DNA of 64,000 nucleotides from Candidatus Limnocylindria bacterium. GTDB lineage: Bacteria > Chloroflexota > Limnocylindria > QHBO01. The translations under genes and the position numbers were made by a program. Positions 25,541-35,189 of this stretch are shown one piece after another (the stretch's first letter is position 1; every line of letters begins with the position of its first letter). The stretch spans positions 4,262 through 68,261 of the forward strand of contig DASUFJ010000131.1 in assembly GCA_036274575.1 (NCBI GenBank), written 5' to 3'. The notes beneath the pieces were generated by a model that was not told the origin of the DNA, searched no databases, and worked only from the letters and a program-made list of their open reading frames with translations.

Positions 25541-26659
25541 ATGGCAGATCGCGTGCCCCCGATCGCCCGCATCCACCTCGCGCGTTCCGTGCCGCGGCTG
25601 CTGCTGGCGCCTCTCCTCGTCGGCCTGGCCGGGGGAGCGGCGATGGCGTTCGGCCTGCTGGCCGCCGCCGGCCCGGCGGGGATCGCGCTGGCCGTGATCG
25701 GCGGCGTCCTCCTGGTCGGCGCTCTCGTCGGAGCGCTCGTCCTGCTCAGCGTGCACGTCGACGTCGAGGAGTCGGCGGTGGTCGTCACGCGGATCGGCGG
25801 CGTCCGTCGCCACCTCCTCACCCCCGGGCCGGTGACGCGCGTGCGCGTCCGCGGGCCGAACGCGGCGCGGCTCCGTGTTCGCTCCGGTGCGCTCGGATGG
25901 GGCATCGGCCGCGCCAGGCTGCGAGACGAGGAGGAGATCGCGCTGGTCAGGCTGGCCCCGACGCCAACCGTGATTCTCATCCCGACCGAGCATGGGCGCC
26001 TGGCCCTGGCGCCGGCCAGCGACGAGGAGCTCCTCGACGCGCTGTCCCGCGCCGCTCAGGCACGCCAGCGGACCGAGGAGGTGACCTCGGCCATGCCGGC
26101 TCCTCAGGCGGAGCCCGAGGTGCCCGCGGCTACGGCCCTGCCCGAGCCACCCGCACAGCCTGAGCCGCCGCCGGTGCCGATGACCGGCATCGAGCGGGCG
26201 CTGCTCGAGGAACGGCTGGCGCGCGAGCACGCCGACGAGGAGCGCACCCGGGAGGAGGTGGCCGCCGCCATGGCGGCGTCCGCCGCAGCTGCCGAGGCGG
26301 CCGGGGCCGCGGCCGAAGCCGAGCCGGTGGCCCAGATCGTCGTCCATCCGGCCGTCGAGGCGGCTGGGCAGCCGGTACCGCTCGGCCGCGCGCGGAGATG
26401 GGTTGCCGCCACCTCCTTCGTCCTGCTGCCGACGGCCGCCGCGGCCATCGTCCTCGCCCTGGGTGTGACGATGGGCGAGATCCCGGCGGCTGGGAGCGAC
26501 GTGGCGCGCATCACCGCGCTCGCCCTCGTCCTCGCGGGCCCGGCGACGTCCATCGGTGCCGTCATGGCGCTTGCCTGGTGGCCGCGGATCGTGGGCATCG
26601 TGGTCGCCGGTGGCCTGGCCGCCGCGGTGTTCATCGGGCGCTCGCTCATCGGCGGCTGA
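25541..26659 (+). CDS. Hypothetical membrane protein (N-terminal TM hairpin plus PH-like soluble module, Ala/Glu/Pro-rich linker, C-terminal TM bundle)
   Basis: Starts 4 nt after the GT2 stop. Topology was read from the sequence. I recognise no catalytic motif. Confidence 0.5.
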   Translation: MADRVPPIARIHLARSVPRLLLAPLLVGLAGGAAMAFGLLAAAGPAGIALAVIGGVLLVGALVGALVLLSVHVDVEESAVVVTRIGGVRRHLLTPGPVTRVRVRGPNAARLRVRSGALGWGIGRARLRDEEEIALVRLAPTPTVILIPTEHGRLALAPASDEELLDALSRAAQARQRTEEVTSAMPAPQAEPEVPAATALPEPPAQPEPPPVPMTGIERALLEERLAREHADEERTREEVAAAMAASAAAAEAAGAAAEAEPVAQIVVHPAVEAAGQPVPLGRARRWVAATSFVLLPTAAAAIVLALGVTMGEIPAAGSDVARITALALVLAGPATSIGAVMALAWWPRIVGIVVAGGLAAAVFIGRSLIGG

Positions 26660-26689
26660 ATTGACACATCCCCGGATTCACTGCGACCA

Positions 26690-26972
26690 TCGCCCGGAAT
26701 CGAAGACGGCGACGACGGAGCCACGGCGGCGTCGGCACCGAGCCCAAGAGCGAGCCCGGACAGTGCGAGCGGGCGGCATCGGCGACGCGCGTCATCCCTC
26801 CTGAGCCGGTGGCGCCAAGCGGAGTGAGGCCGTGCTAACGCCGCCCGGGACCGCCCCCCGCTAGCGAGGGCGACCAAGTGGGCCGATGCCCGGACGAGGC
26901 GTCCGCATCGGTCAAGCGCGGGTGGTACCGCGGGAGCCGATCCCGTCCCGGAGTTGCCGGGGCGGGTCTTTT
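26690..26972 (+). promoter_or_regulatory. T-box riboswitch leader of ileS
   Basis: The canonical T-box sequence GGGTGGTACCGCG lies at 26920-26932, directly upstream of a terminator hairpin and U-tract and about 70 nt before the ileS start. The 5' boundary is approximate. Confidence 0.75.
26942..26972 (+). terminator. Terminator helix of the ileS T-box
   Basis: A 10-bp stem CCCGTCCCGG/CCGGGGCGGG (one G-U pair) with loop AGTTG, followed by TCTTTT. Confidence 0.7.
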
Positions 26973-26998
26973 CATGTGATGGGAGCTGCGAGACAAGC

Positions 26999-29900
26999 GT
27001 GTTCAAGGCGGTCGACAGCAAGCTGGATGTGCCGGCCCTCGAACGGGAGGTGATCGAGCGCTGGCGCGCGAACGACACGATGGGGCGATACCTGGGCCGC
27101 AATGCGGCCTCCGAGCGTCGCTACAGCTTCATCGACGGGCCGATCACGGCGAACAACCCGATGGGCGTCCACCACGCCTGGGGGCGGACGTACAAGGACC
27201 TCTACCAGCGGTATCACACCATGCTCGGCGAGCGGCAGCGCTACCAGAACGGGTTCGACTGCCAGGGGTTGTGGATCGAGGTCGAGGTCGAGCGCGAGCT
27301 CGGCTTCAACAACAAGCGCCAGATCGAGGAGTTCGGCATCGACCGCTTCGTCGAGCTGTGCAAGGCGCGCGTCGACCGGTTCGCGGGAATCCAGACGGAG
27401 CAGTCCAAGCGCCTCGGCTACTGGATGGACTGGGAGCACAGCTACTACACGAACTCGGACGAGAACAACTACACGATCTGGTCCTTCCTGGCCGAGTGCC
27501 ACCGCCGCGGACTGCTATATCGCGGCCACGACGTCATGCCGTGGTGTCCGCGCTGTGCGACCGGCATCAGCAACATGGAGGCGGCGGAGGGCTACCGGGA
27601 CGTCACCCACATGTCCGTCGTCCTCCGCCTCCCGCTCACCAGCCGGGGCCACGAAGGCGAGGACCTGCTGGTCTGGACGACGACCCCATGGACGCTGTCG
27701 TCCAACGTCGCCGCGGCGGTGCACCCGAAGCTCACCTACGAGCTGGTCGAAGGCCGGGACGGGCGTCGGTGGTGGGTGTCGTCCGGCTCGCGCGAGCGCG
27801 TCGCGCCCGGCGCCGAGGTCGTCGGCAGCGCGCGCGGCGACGAGCTCATCGGTCTGACCTACCGCGGCCCATACGACCACCTGCCGGCCGCCGAGGGCGT
27901 CGAGCATCGCGTGATCCCGTGGGACGAGGTCTCCGACGCGGAGGGCACCGGCATCGTCCACATCGCACCTGGATGCGGCCAGGAGGACTTCGCGCTCAGC
28001 AAGGTCCACGGGCTGGCCGTCATCGACCCCATCGACCAGTTCGGGATCTTCGGCACCGGATTCGGCTGGCAGACCGGCCGCGCGGCGTGGACGGGAGCCG
28101 ACGGCGCCAAGGATGTTGCCGGCGACGTGGTGGCCGATCTCGAGGAGCGGGGGTTGCTCGTCTCGAAGGAGGGCTACACGCATTCGTATCCGCACTGCTG
28201 GCGATGCGGGACGCAGCTGATCTTCCGGCTCGTCGACGAGTGGTTCATCGCGATGGACCCGCTGCGCGACCCGATCAGCGCCTCGACGCGGGCTGTGCGC
28301 TGGATCCCCGAGGGCATCGGCCTCGAGGAGCGCGAGCTCGACTGGCTGCGAAACATGGGCGACTGGATGATCAGCAAGAAGCGGTATTACGGGCTGGCGC
28401 TGCCGATCTGGGAGTGCGCCGAGTGCGAGGGCTGGGAGGTCATCGGCTCGAAGGAGGAGCTGCGCGGCCGGGCGGTCGAGGGCTGGGACGCCTTCGACGG
28501 CCACACGCCGCATCGGCCATGGATCGACGCCGTCGAGATCGCATGCTCCAGCTGCGGCGGTCGGGCGCGCCGGACGACGGATGTCGGCAACCCGTGGCTC
28601 GACGCCGGGATCGTCGCCCTCTCGACCCTGAAGTGGAACACGGACCGCGACTACTGGAGGGAGTGGTATCCGGCGGACTGGATCAGCGAGTCGTTCCCCG
28701 GCCAGTTCCGCAACTGGTTCTACGCGCTCCTCACCGAGTCGACGGTCATGACCGGCGAGGCACCGGCCCGCGCGCTCTTCGCCTATGCCCTGCTCCTCGA
28801 CGAGCACGGGGAGGAGATGCACAAGAGCAAGGGCAACTCGATCCCGTTCGACGAGGCCGCGGAACGCATCGGCGCCGACGTCATGCGCTGGATGTACGCG
28901 GCCGCCAACCCGGCCGCCAACCTGCGGTTCGGCTACGGCCCCGGTCACGAGGTCGTGCGGCGCTTCTTCCTGCCGCTGTGGAACAGTTACGGCTTCTTCG
29001 TGACCTACGCCCGCCTGGACGGCTGGACCCCGGACCGGGCCGATGCGGGCGACGTCTCCGCCCGGACGCTGCTCGACCGATGGATCCTGTCGCGCCTCGA
29101 CGGGCTGGTCGGCGAGGTCCGACAGGCGCTGGACGGCTACGACGCGCAGCGCGCCACGCGGGCGATCGAGGCCTTCGTCGACGACCTCTCGAACTGGTAC
29201 GTGCGTCGCAACCGCCGGCGATTCTGGAAGGGCGACCTCGACGCGGACAAGCGCGCCGCATACGCGACCCTGTACGAGGTGCTCACGACCCTGACGCGTC
29301 TCATGGCACCCGTCACTCCGCACCTCGCCGATGCGATGTGGGACAACCTCGTCGCCTCGGTGGACCCGGGACGGCCCGACAGCGTCCACCTCACCGACGT
29401 ACCGGAGCGCGTCCCCGGACGCTCGGATCCCGACGTCGACCGTTCCGTCGACCTCACCCGCCGCCTGGTGGCGCTCGGCCGGGCGGCACGCTCGGCGTCC
29501 GGTGTCCGGACCCGCCAGCCGCTGCGCACCGTCAGCGTCAAGCTGCCGGCCGCGGCGGACGGCCGACTGAGCGTGGACACTGCCGTCGACGCCGCGCTCC
29601 GCGCCGAGGTGCTCGACGAGCTCAACGTGCGGACGCTCGAGCTCATCCCGGACGAGTCGGACATGGTCGAGCGGACGCTCTACCCGCTGCTGCCGGTGGT
29701 CGGCCCGCGGCATGGAGGGGCGGTCGGCGCGATCATGGCCGGCGCGCGCTCGGGAACCTGGGAGCTGGCGACGGATGGGACCGTGGCCGTCGGTGGCGTC
29801 ACCCTCCAGCCCGACGAGTTCCAGCTGACGGCACGCGCCCGCCCGGGCCATGAGGTCGCCGAAGACGGCGACCTGCTCGTCGCCCTCGACACGACCCTGG

Positions 29901-30181
29901 ACGACGAGCTCGAGGCCGAGGGCCTGGCCCGCGAGGTCGCCCACCGCCTGCAGGCCATGCGCCGCGCCGCCGGCTACGAGATCAGCGATCGGGTGCGGGT
30001 TGCGGTCGCCGGCGACGCGGCGACGGTCAGGCGCCTCACTCCGCATCGCGACTGGCTGGCGAGGGAGCTGCTCGCCACGGACCTCGTGATCGCGGAGGGC
30101 GCCGCGCTCGACGACGCCGATCAGCGGGAGGGCGCGGCGCTCGACGGGGCGACGCTCGAGCTGGCCGTGGCCCGGGCGTGA
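26999..30181 (+). CDS. ileS: Isoleucine--tRNA ligase (type 2)
   Basis: VFKAVDSKLDVPALEREVIERW N-terminus, PITANNPMGVHHAWGRT (HIGH region) and EMHKSKGN (KMSKS). GTG 26999 is in frame. The listed TTG 26954 start would lie inside the terminator. Confidence 0.9.
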   Translation: MFKAVDSKLDVPALEREVIERWRANDTMGRYLGRNAASERRYSFIDGPITANNPMGVHHAWGRTYKDLYQRYHTMLGERQRYQNGFDCQGLWIEVEVERELGFNNKRQIEEFGIDRFVELCKARVDRFAGIQTEQSKRLGYWMDWEHSYYTNSDENNYTIWSFLAECHRRGLLYRGHDVMPWCPRCATGISNMEAAEGYRDVTHMSVVLRLPLTSRGHEGEDLLVWTTTPWTLSSNVAAAVHPKLTYELVEGRDGRRWWVSSGSRERVAPGAEVVGSARGDELIGLTYRGPYDHLPAAEGVEHRVIPWDEVSDAEGTGIVHIAPGCGQEDFALSKVHGLAVIDPIDQFGIFGTGFGWQTGRAAWTGADGAKDVAGDVVADLEERGLLVSKEGYTHSYPHCWRCGTQLIFRLVDEWFIAMDPLRDPISASTRAVRWIPEGIGLEERELDWLRNMGDWMISKKRYYGLALPIWECAECEGWEVIGSKEELRGRAVEGWDAFDGHTPHRPWIDAVEIACSSCGGRARRTTDVGNPWLDAGIVALSTLKWNTDRDYWREWYPADWISESFPGQFRNWFYALLTESTVMTGEAPARALFAYALLLDEHGEEMHKSKGNSIPFDEAAERIGADVMRWMYAAANPAANLRFGYGPGHEVVRRFFLPLWNSYGFFVTYARLDGWTPDRADAGDVSARTLLDRWILSRLDGLVGEVRQALDGYDAQRATRAIEAFVDDLSNWYVRRNRRRFWKGDLDADKRAAYATLYEVLTTLTRLMAPVTPHLADAMWDNLVASVDPGRPDSVHLTDVPERVPGRSDPDVDRSVDLTRRLVALGRAARSASGVRTRQPLRTVSVKLPAAADGRLSVDTAVDAALRAEVLDELNVRTLELIPDESDMVERTLYPLLPVVGPRHGGAVGAIMAGARSGTWELATDGTVAVGGVTLQPDEFQLTARARPGHEVAEDGDLLVALDTTLDDELEAEGLAREVAHRLQAMRRAAGYEISDRVRVAVAGDAATVRRLTPHRDWLARELLATDLVIAEGAALDDADQREGAALDGATLELAVARA

Positions 30182-30189
30182 CGGGTTGG

Positions 30190-30195
30190 TAGAGT
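30190..30195 (+). promoter_or_regulatory. Candidate -10 hexamer TAGAGT, 6 nt before the lspA ATG (leaderless)
   Basis: A TAnnnT hexamer, no SD, ATG at 30202. Confidence 0.4.
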
Positions 30196-30201
30196 GAGCC
30201 G

Positions 30202-30717
30202 ATGGAGGCCAGGAGCGCGCAGGCCGCGTCGATGAGGTCGACCCTCGTGCTCGTCTCGACGGCGGCCGTCGTTTACGCCCTCGACCAGCTGAGCAAGGCG
30301 CTCGTCGTCTCGAGCCTTGGCCTCGGCGAGAGCGTCGACGTCGTGGGCGATCTCCTTCGCATCTGGCACGCGCGCAACACTGGCGCGGCGTTCAGCCTCC
30401 TCCCCGGAGCGTTCTGGCTGTTCGTGCCAGTCACCGTCCTCGCACTGGTGATGATCGCCTACTTCCATCGCGCGTTCCGCGACCGCGGACCATGGATCCA
30501 CGTCGTCCTCGGTCTCATCCTCGGCGGCAGCCTCGGCAACCTGACCGATCGGCTGCGCCTCGGTTACGTGGTCGACTTCGTCAGCGTCGGCATCGGTGAC
30601 CGTCGGTTCCCGACCTTCAACGTCGCGGACTCCGCCGTCGTGGTCGGCATCGGCCTCCTCGTCCTGTACCTCACGTTGGCCGACCGGCGCGGGTCGTCGG
30701 GCGACGCGGAAGCGTGA
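30202..30717 (+). CDS. lspA: Lipoprotein signal peptidase (signal peptidase II)
   Basis: NTGAAFS and FPTFNVADS motifs, 4 TM helices, and the ileS-lspA-rluD order. Confidence 0.85.
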   Translation: MEARSAQAASMRSTLVLVSTAAVVYALDQLSKALVVSSLGLGESVDVVGDLLRIWHARNTGAAFSLLPGAFWLFVPVTVLALVMIAYFHRAFRDRGPWIHVVLGLILGGSLGNLTDRLRLGYVVDFVSVGIGDRRFPTFNVADSAVVVGIGLLVLYLTLADRRGSSGDAEA

Positions 30718-31685
30718 CCGAGGCCGCGGAGCGCACGATCGAGGGCATCGCCAGCGCCGGCCGCGTCGACGTCGCGGTCGCTGCCGCGGCCGGGATCAGC
30801 AGGGCCCACGCCCAGCGGCTCATCGGTGACGGTCGGGCCCTGGTGGATGGGCGTCGGCGGCGCTCGAGCGATAGGCTCGCGGGCGGCGAACGACTCACCG
30901 TCGAGCTCAGCGCACCGCCGGACCCGACGCTGGAACCGGAGTCGATCCCGCTGCGCATCGCGTACGAAGACGAGGCGATGCTCATCGTCGACAAACCTGC
31001 CGGGCTGGTCGTCCATCCCTCCGCGGGCCACGGCGCCGGCACGCTCGTCAACGCGCTGCTCGGCCGGGCACGCGACCTCGGCCAGCCGCTCGGCTCGATC
31101 GCCGGCGTCGGGCGACCCGGGATCGTCCACCGGCTGGACAAGGAGACGAGCGGCCTCATCGTCGTCGCCAAGACCGATGGCGCCCAGGCGTCGCTCATGC
31201 GTCAGTTCGGCGATCGGACGGTCGAGAAGGCGTACCTCGCCCTCGTGCGGGGCGCTCCACCCTCGACGCGGGGCCGGATCGAGGCGCCGGTCGGTCGCGA
31301 CCCGCGCGATCGGCAGCGGATGGCGGTCGTCGCCGGCGGCCGTGACGCGACGACCGAGTACGAGGCGCTCGCCGCAGGCGGCGGGTACACCCTGCTCGAG
31401 CTCCATCCGCTCACCGGACGCACTCACCAGATCCGAGCCCATCTCGCCTACCTCGACCTGCCGATCGCCGGCGACCTCCGCTACGGAGGAGGCGAGGGGC
31501 CGGCCGGCCTGCGCCGGCAGTTCCTCCACGCCGCGCGGCTGGGCCTCGAACGTCCCGGCGACGGAGCGCGCCTCCGCGCGTGGAGCGAGCTGCCGCCCGA
31601 GCTGGCTCAATCCCTGGAGGCCGCGGGAATCGACGTGCGGGAAGGACGTCTGCCGTCCGGCGTCGGCGCGGAGGTGACAGCGTGA
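30714..31685 (+). CDS. rluD: RluA-family 23S rRNA pseudouridine synthase (RluD-like) with an S4 domain
   Basis: HRLDKETSGLIVVAKT catalytic block and GRTHQIRAHL. GTGA overlap with lspA. Confidence 0.85.
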   Translation: MTEAAERTIEGIASAGRVDVAVAAAAGISRAHAQRLIGDGRALVDGRRRRSSDRLAGGERLTVELSAPPDPTLEPESIPLRIAYEDEAMLIVDKPAGLVVHPSAGHGAGTLVNALLGRARDLGQPLGSIAGVGRPGIVHRLDKETSGLIVVAKTDGAQASLMRQFGDRTVEKAYLALVRGAPPSTRGRIEAPVGRDPRDRQRMAVVAGGRDATTEYEALAAGGGYTLLELHPLTGRTHQIRAHLAYLDLPIAGDLRYGGGEGPAGLRRQFLHAARLGLERPGDGARLRAWSELPPELAQSLEAAGIDVREGRLPSGVGAEVTA

Positions 31686-31696
31686 CCGGCAAGCGG

Positions 31697-32296
31697 ATGA
31701 CGTTCCCGAACCCGATGCTCGTCGTGGTCAGCGGGCCGTCCGGCGTCGGGAAGAGCACGATCGTCGCCGAGCTGGCCCGGCGCCGCCCGCAGGTGGTTCC
31801 CATCGTCACGGCCACGACCAGGGGGCGGCGACCGAAGGAGATCGATGGCGTCCACTATCACTTCCTGACCAAGGAAGCGTTCGAGGAGCTCATCGCCCGC
31901 GACGGCCTGCTCGAGCACGCGAACAACCATGGGCACTGGTACGGCACACCGGTGGACCAGGTGCGCGGGATCCTCGCCGCCGGCCGCGATGCCATCCTCA
32001 CCATCAGCCCGGAGGGCGCGCGAAACGTTCGGCGTCTCGTGCCCGATGCGCTCCTCATCTTCGTCATGCCGCCGTCGATGGAGGACCTCGCCAGGCGCCT
32101 CCGCGGCCGCGGCTCGGAGTCGGAGGCGAGCTTCGAGCGACGACGGGAGGACGCCGAGCGCTGGATGGCGGAGGCGGGGGATTTCGACTACGTCGTCGTC
32201 AACGAGACCGGCCATCCGGAGGAGGCCGCCGAGCGCATCTGGGAGATCATCCAGGCCGAGGCGCGACGCGATCCGCCTCGCCGGCCGCGCGTCTGA
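31697..32296 (+). CDS. gmk: Guanylate kinase
   Basis: VVSGPSGVGKSTI P-loop and TTRGRRPKEIDGVHYHF. GTG 31682 (GTGA overlap with rluD) is an alternative start. Confidence 0.85.
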   Translation: MTFPNPMLVVVSGPSGVGKSTIVAELARRRPQVVPIVTATTRGRRPKEIDGVHYHFLTKEAFEELIARDGLLEHANNHGHWYGTPVDQVRGILAAGRDAILTISPEGARNVRRLVPDALLIFVMPPSMEDLARRLRGRGSESEASFERRREDAERWMAEAGDFDYVVVNETGHPEEAAERIWEIIQAEARRDPPRRPRV

Positions 32297-32301
32297 AGGC
32301 C

Positions 32302-34656
32302 GTGACCGGCTCCGCCAGCAGCCTGGTGCGGGTCGCCGTCGACGCCCTCGCCGACCGGCCGGAGCGCACCTTCACCTACCGGTTGCCGCCGAGCCTCGGC
32401 GACCCACTCCCCGGTTCCCTCCTCCTCGTGCCGTACGGACGGCGGCTGGCGCTCGGATACCTGCTGGCCGGTGCGCCGGAAGCGACCGAGACCACGAAGG
32501 ACGTCGAGGCGGTCGTCTCCGGGCCGATGCTGACTCCGGACCTGCTGGCGCTGGCCGAGGAGATGGCTGTCTACTACCGCGCGCCGATCGGCACGACCCT
32601 GGCGGCGATGCTGCCGCCGGGCCTCGAATCGCGCCTCATCCGCCGCTGGCGCGTCGTCGATGCATCCGCGCTGCCAACGGAGCTCGACGGGCTTGCTGAT
32701 GCCGACGGGCTGATCGCGGACGCGGCCTTGCTGCGTCGTGCGCCACCGACGCGCCGCACCGCCTGGGTCGAGCGGGTCCGGCGCTCCGGAGCCGTCGTCG
32801 CCGAGTGGTCGATGCGCCCGCCGGACGTCGCCGCGCGCCGGGTTCGCGTCGTCCGGCCGCTCGCGGTCGAGGGTGAGGCACCGCGACGCGCACCGCTGCA
32901 GCGGGCGATCCTGGAGGTGCTCGACGGCGCGGAGCAGACGATCCCGGAGCTTGCCGAGGCCCTGGGCGTCGAGGCCGCCCGGCTCCTGGGGCCGGCGCGA
33001 CGTCTCGAGGCCACGGGCCGTGTCGAGCTCGCGTGGCGGACCCTCGAACGAGACCCGCTGGCGCATCGCGAGGCCGGGCCGGGGCTGCGCCACGCCCTCG
33101 CCGACGAGCAGCGCGTCGCGCTCGACGCCGTCCTGGGGCTGTCCGCGGGCGGCGAGCTCCTCCTCGAGGGCGTGGCGGCATCTGGCAAGTCCGACGTCTA
33201 CCTCGCGGCCGTACAGGAGACGCTGGCCGCCGGCCGGGGCGCGATCGTCCTCGTTCCGGAGCTCAGCCTGGTCCCGCAGCTCGGGGACCGTCTGCGCGCG
33301 GTCGTCGGCAATCAGCTGGCCGTGCTCCATTCCGGCCTCTCCGCCGGGGAACGCCACGACGAGTGGTGGCGCATCATGCGCGGCGAGGCGCGGGTCGTCA
33401 TCGGCACGCGAACCGCGGCATTCGCGCCCCTCGACGCCGGCCTCATCGTCGTCGACGAGGAGCACGACGGCGGCTACAAGTCGGACCGCACCCCTCGCTA
33501 CGACGCGCGCTGGGTCGCACGCCGGCGGGCGACGTTGCTCGGCGCGCGGCTTGTCCTGGGCAGCGCGACGCCCGATCTCGTGACCCTGGCCCGCGCCCGA
33601 GGCGGCCACGCCGAGCGCGCCCGGCTCGTCGAGCGGCGGGTCGGCGGCGTGCCCGACATCGCGCTCGTGGACCTTCGTGCCGAGCTCGCCGGGGGCAACC
33701 GATCGATCTTCTCGGCGGCGCTCGAGGATGCTCTGGCATCTGTGAAGCGGGGCAGCGAGCAGGCCGTGCTGCTCATCAACCGGCGCGGCGCGGCGACGTT
33801 CATCCTCTGCCGCGACTGCGGCGAGAGCGTCCGCTGCCCCGACTGCGACCTTCCCTTCGTCTTCCACCTCAGTGGCGGCACCCTGCGCTGCCACCACTGC
33901 GGCCGGAGCGCCGCCCCGCCGGAACGCTGTCCCGCCTGCGGCAGCGGACGTATCCGCTACTTCGGCGCGGGGACGCAGCGCGTCGAGGCCGAGCTGCGGG
34001 CGCGCCTCCCGGAGCTGCGCGTGGCGCGCCTCGACTCCGACGCGATCGGGACCCGGCGTGGGTTCGAATCGGTCTACGACGACTTCCGCGACGGACGCGT
34101 CGATGTCCTCGTCGGCACGCAGCTGGCGGCGAAGGGGCTCGACCTGCCGAGCGTGACGCTCGCTGCCGTCATCGCCGCCGACGTGACGCTCAACCTGCCC
34201 GACTACCGGGCCGCGGAACGCACGTTCCAGCTCCTGGCCCAGGTCGCCGGCCGAGCGGGCCGCGGGCCGGCGCCAGGCGAGGTCGTCATCCAGACGTACG
34301 CGCCGGCGCATTACGCCATCCGCGCGGCGGCGGCGCTCGATTCGGACGCGTTTGCCGACGAGGAGCTGCTCCGCCGTCGGCTGCTCGGCTATCCGCCGTT
34401 CAGCGTCCTGGCGCGCCTCCTGATCTCGGATCCCGACCGCGACCGTGCCGAACGTCGGGGCCACCAGGCGGCAGAGGCCGTCGCGCAACCCGGCGTCGAG
34501 GTGCTCGGCCCGCTGCCGTCGTACATCGCCAGGCGGGCCGGGCGTCATCGGTTCCAGGTCGTCCTGCGCGCGCCGGATGCCGTCACCCGGGCCGCCGCCC
34601 TCGAGCGCGTGCCGCCCGGCGTGGCGATCGATGTCGACCCCGAGTCGCTCCTGTGA
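32302..34656 (+). CDS. priA: Primosomal protein N' (replication restart helicase PriA)
   Basis: LLEGVAASGKSDVY (Walker A), IVVDEEHD, and the Cys-rich zinc region CRDCGESVRCPDCDLPF...CHHCG...CPACGS. Confidence 0.85.
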   Translation: MTGSASSLVRVAVDALADRPERTFTYRLPPSLGDPLPGSLLLVPYGRRLALGYLLAGAPEATETTKDVEAVVSGPMLTPDLLALAEEMAVYYRAPIGTTLAAMLPPGLESRLIRRWRVVDASALPTELDGLADADGLIADAALLRRAPPTRRTAWVERVRRSGAVVAEWSMRPPDVAARRVRVVRPLAVEGEAPRRAPLQRAILEVLDGAEQTIPELAEALGVEAARLLGPARRLEATGRVELAWRTLERDPLAHREAGPGLRHALADEQRVALDAVLGLSAGGELLLEGVAASGKSDVYLAAVQETLAAGRGAIVLVPELSLVPQLGDRLRAVVGNQLAVLHSGLSAGERHDEWWRIMRGEARVVIGTRTAAFAPLDAGLIVVDEEHDGGYKSDRTPRYDARWVARRRATLLGARLVLGSATPDLVTLARARGGHAERARLVERRVGGVPDIALVDLRAELAGGNRSIFSAALEDALASVKRGSEQAVLLINRRGAATFILCRDCGESVRCPDCDLPFVFHLSGGTLRCHHCGRSAAPPERCPACGSGRIRYFGAGTQRVEAELRARLPELRVARLDSDAIGTRRGFESVYDDFRDGRVDVLVGTQLAAKGLDLPSVTLAAVIAADVTLNLPDYRAAERTFQLLAQVAGRAGRGPAPGEVVIQTYAPAHYAIRAAAALDSDAFADEELLRRRLLGYPPFSVLARLLISDPDRDRAERRGHQAAEAVAQPGVEVLGPLPSYIARRAGRHRFQVVLRAPDAVTRAAALERVPPGVAIDVDPESLL

Positions 34657-34663
34657 CTCTCGG

Positions 34664-34669
34664 TACAAT
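34664..34669 (+). promoter_or_regulatory. Candidate -10 hexamer TACAAT, 10 nt before def ATG 34680
   Basis: A TAnnnT hexamer. It overlaps the alternative ATG at 34668, which argues for the downstream start. Confidence 0.3.
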
Positions 34670-34679
34670 GCCGAGCGCT

Positions 34680-35189
34680 ATGCCGGCCATCCGTCCCATC
34701 CTCACCCTGGAAGAGCCGACCCTGCGAGAGCGCACGAAGAGGGTCTCGACCTTCGACGCCAGCCTGCATCGGCTCCTGGACGACATGCTCGTCACGATGC
34801 GGGACGCGCCCGGGGTGGGCCTTGCCGCGAACCAGATCGGTGTGCCGCTGCAGGTCGCGGTCATCGAGATCGAGGGTGTGATCACCGAGCTCGTGAACCC
34901 GCAGATCGTCAAGTCGTCCGGAGAGCAGCTCGACTGGGAGGGCTGCCTCTCGATTCCGGGCTATGTCGCCGAGGTGACCCGCGCCGCCAAAGTCACCGTA
35001 AAGGCCCGCGACCGGCATGGCCGCGAGTTCCGGGTCAAGGGCCAGGAGCTCTTCGCGCGCGCGCTCCAGCACGAGATCGACCACCTGAACGGCTCCCTCT
35101 ACATCGACTTGCTCGACTCGCTGGACGAGCTCGTTCGCGTCAACGAGGCGCACGAGGAGGTCACCGAAGAGACGGCCGCCGGCATATAG
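34680..35189 (+). CDS. def: Peptide deformylase
   Basis: MPAIRPIL start, with GVGLAANQIGV, EGCLSIPG and QHEIDHLNG motifs. ATG 34668 is an in-frame alternative. Confidence 0.85.
   Translation: MPAIRPILTLEEPTLRERTKRVSTFDASLHRLLDDMLVTMRDAPGVGLAANQIGVPLQVAVIEIEGVITELVNPQIVKSSGEQLDWEGCLSIPGYVAEVTRAAKVTVKARDRHGREFRVKGQELFARALQHEIDHLNGSLYIDLLDSLDELVRVNEAHEEVTEETAAGI

Noticed and set aside
23810-26347. 845-aa minus-strand ORF antisense to the GT2 gene and its partner
   Set aside because: It is a shadow ORF with no recognisable domain and extreme Arg/Gly/Asp/Pro composition. The opposite strand has the GT2 motif set.
26954-26998. TTG 26954 as the ileS start (ORF-track start)
   Set aside because: It would place the first 15 codons inside the T-box terminator hairpin and U-tract. 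The conserved IleRS N-terminus (FKAV...) begins right after GTG 26999.
27515-30046. 843-aa minus-strand ORF and the 860-aa +2-frame ORF (27271..29853) across ileS
   Set aside because: ileS is firmly identified in its own frame by HIGH/KMSKS. The alternatives are low-complexity Arg/Pro/Gly strings.
32188-34668. 826-aa minus-strand ORF and the 718-aa + ORF (33033..35189) over priA
   Set aside because: These are shadow or out-of-frame ORFs. Only the last 170 codons of 33033..35189 are real, and they are def.
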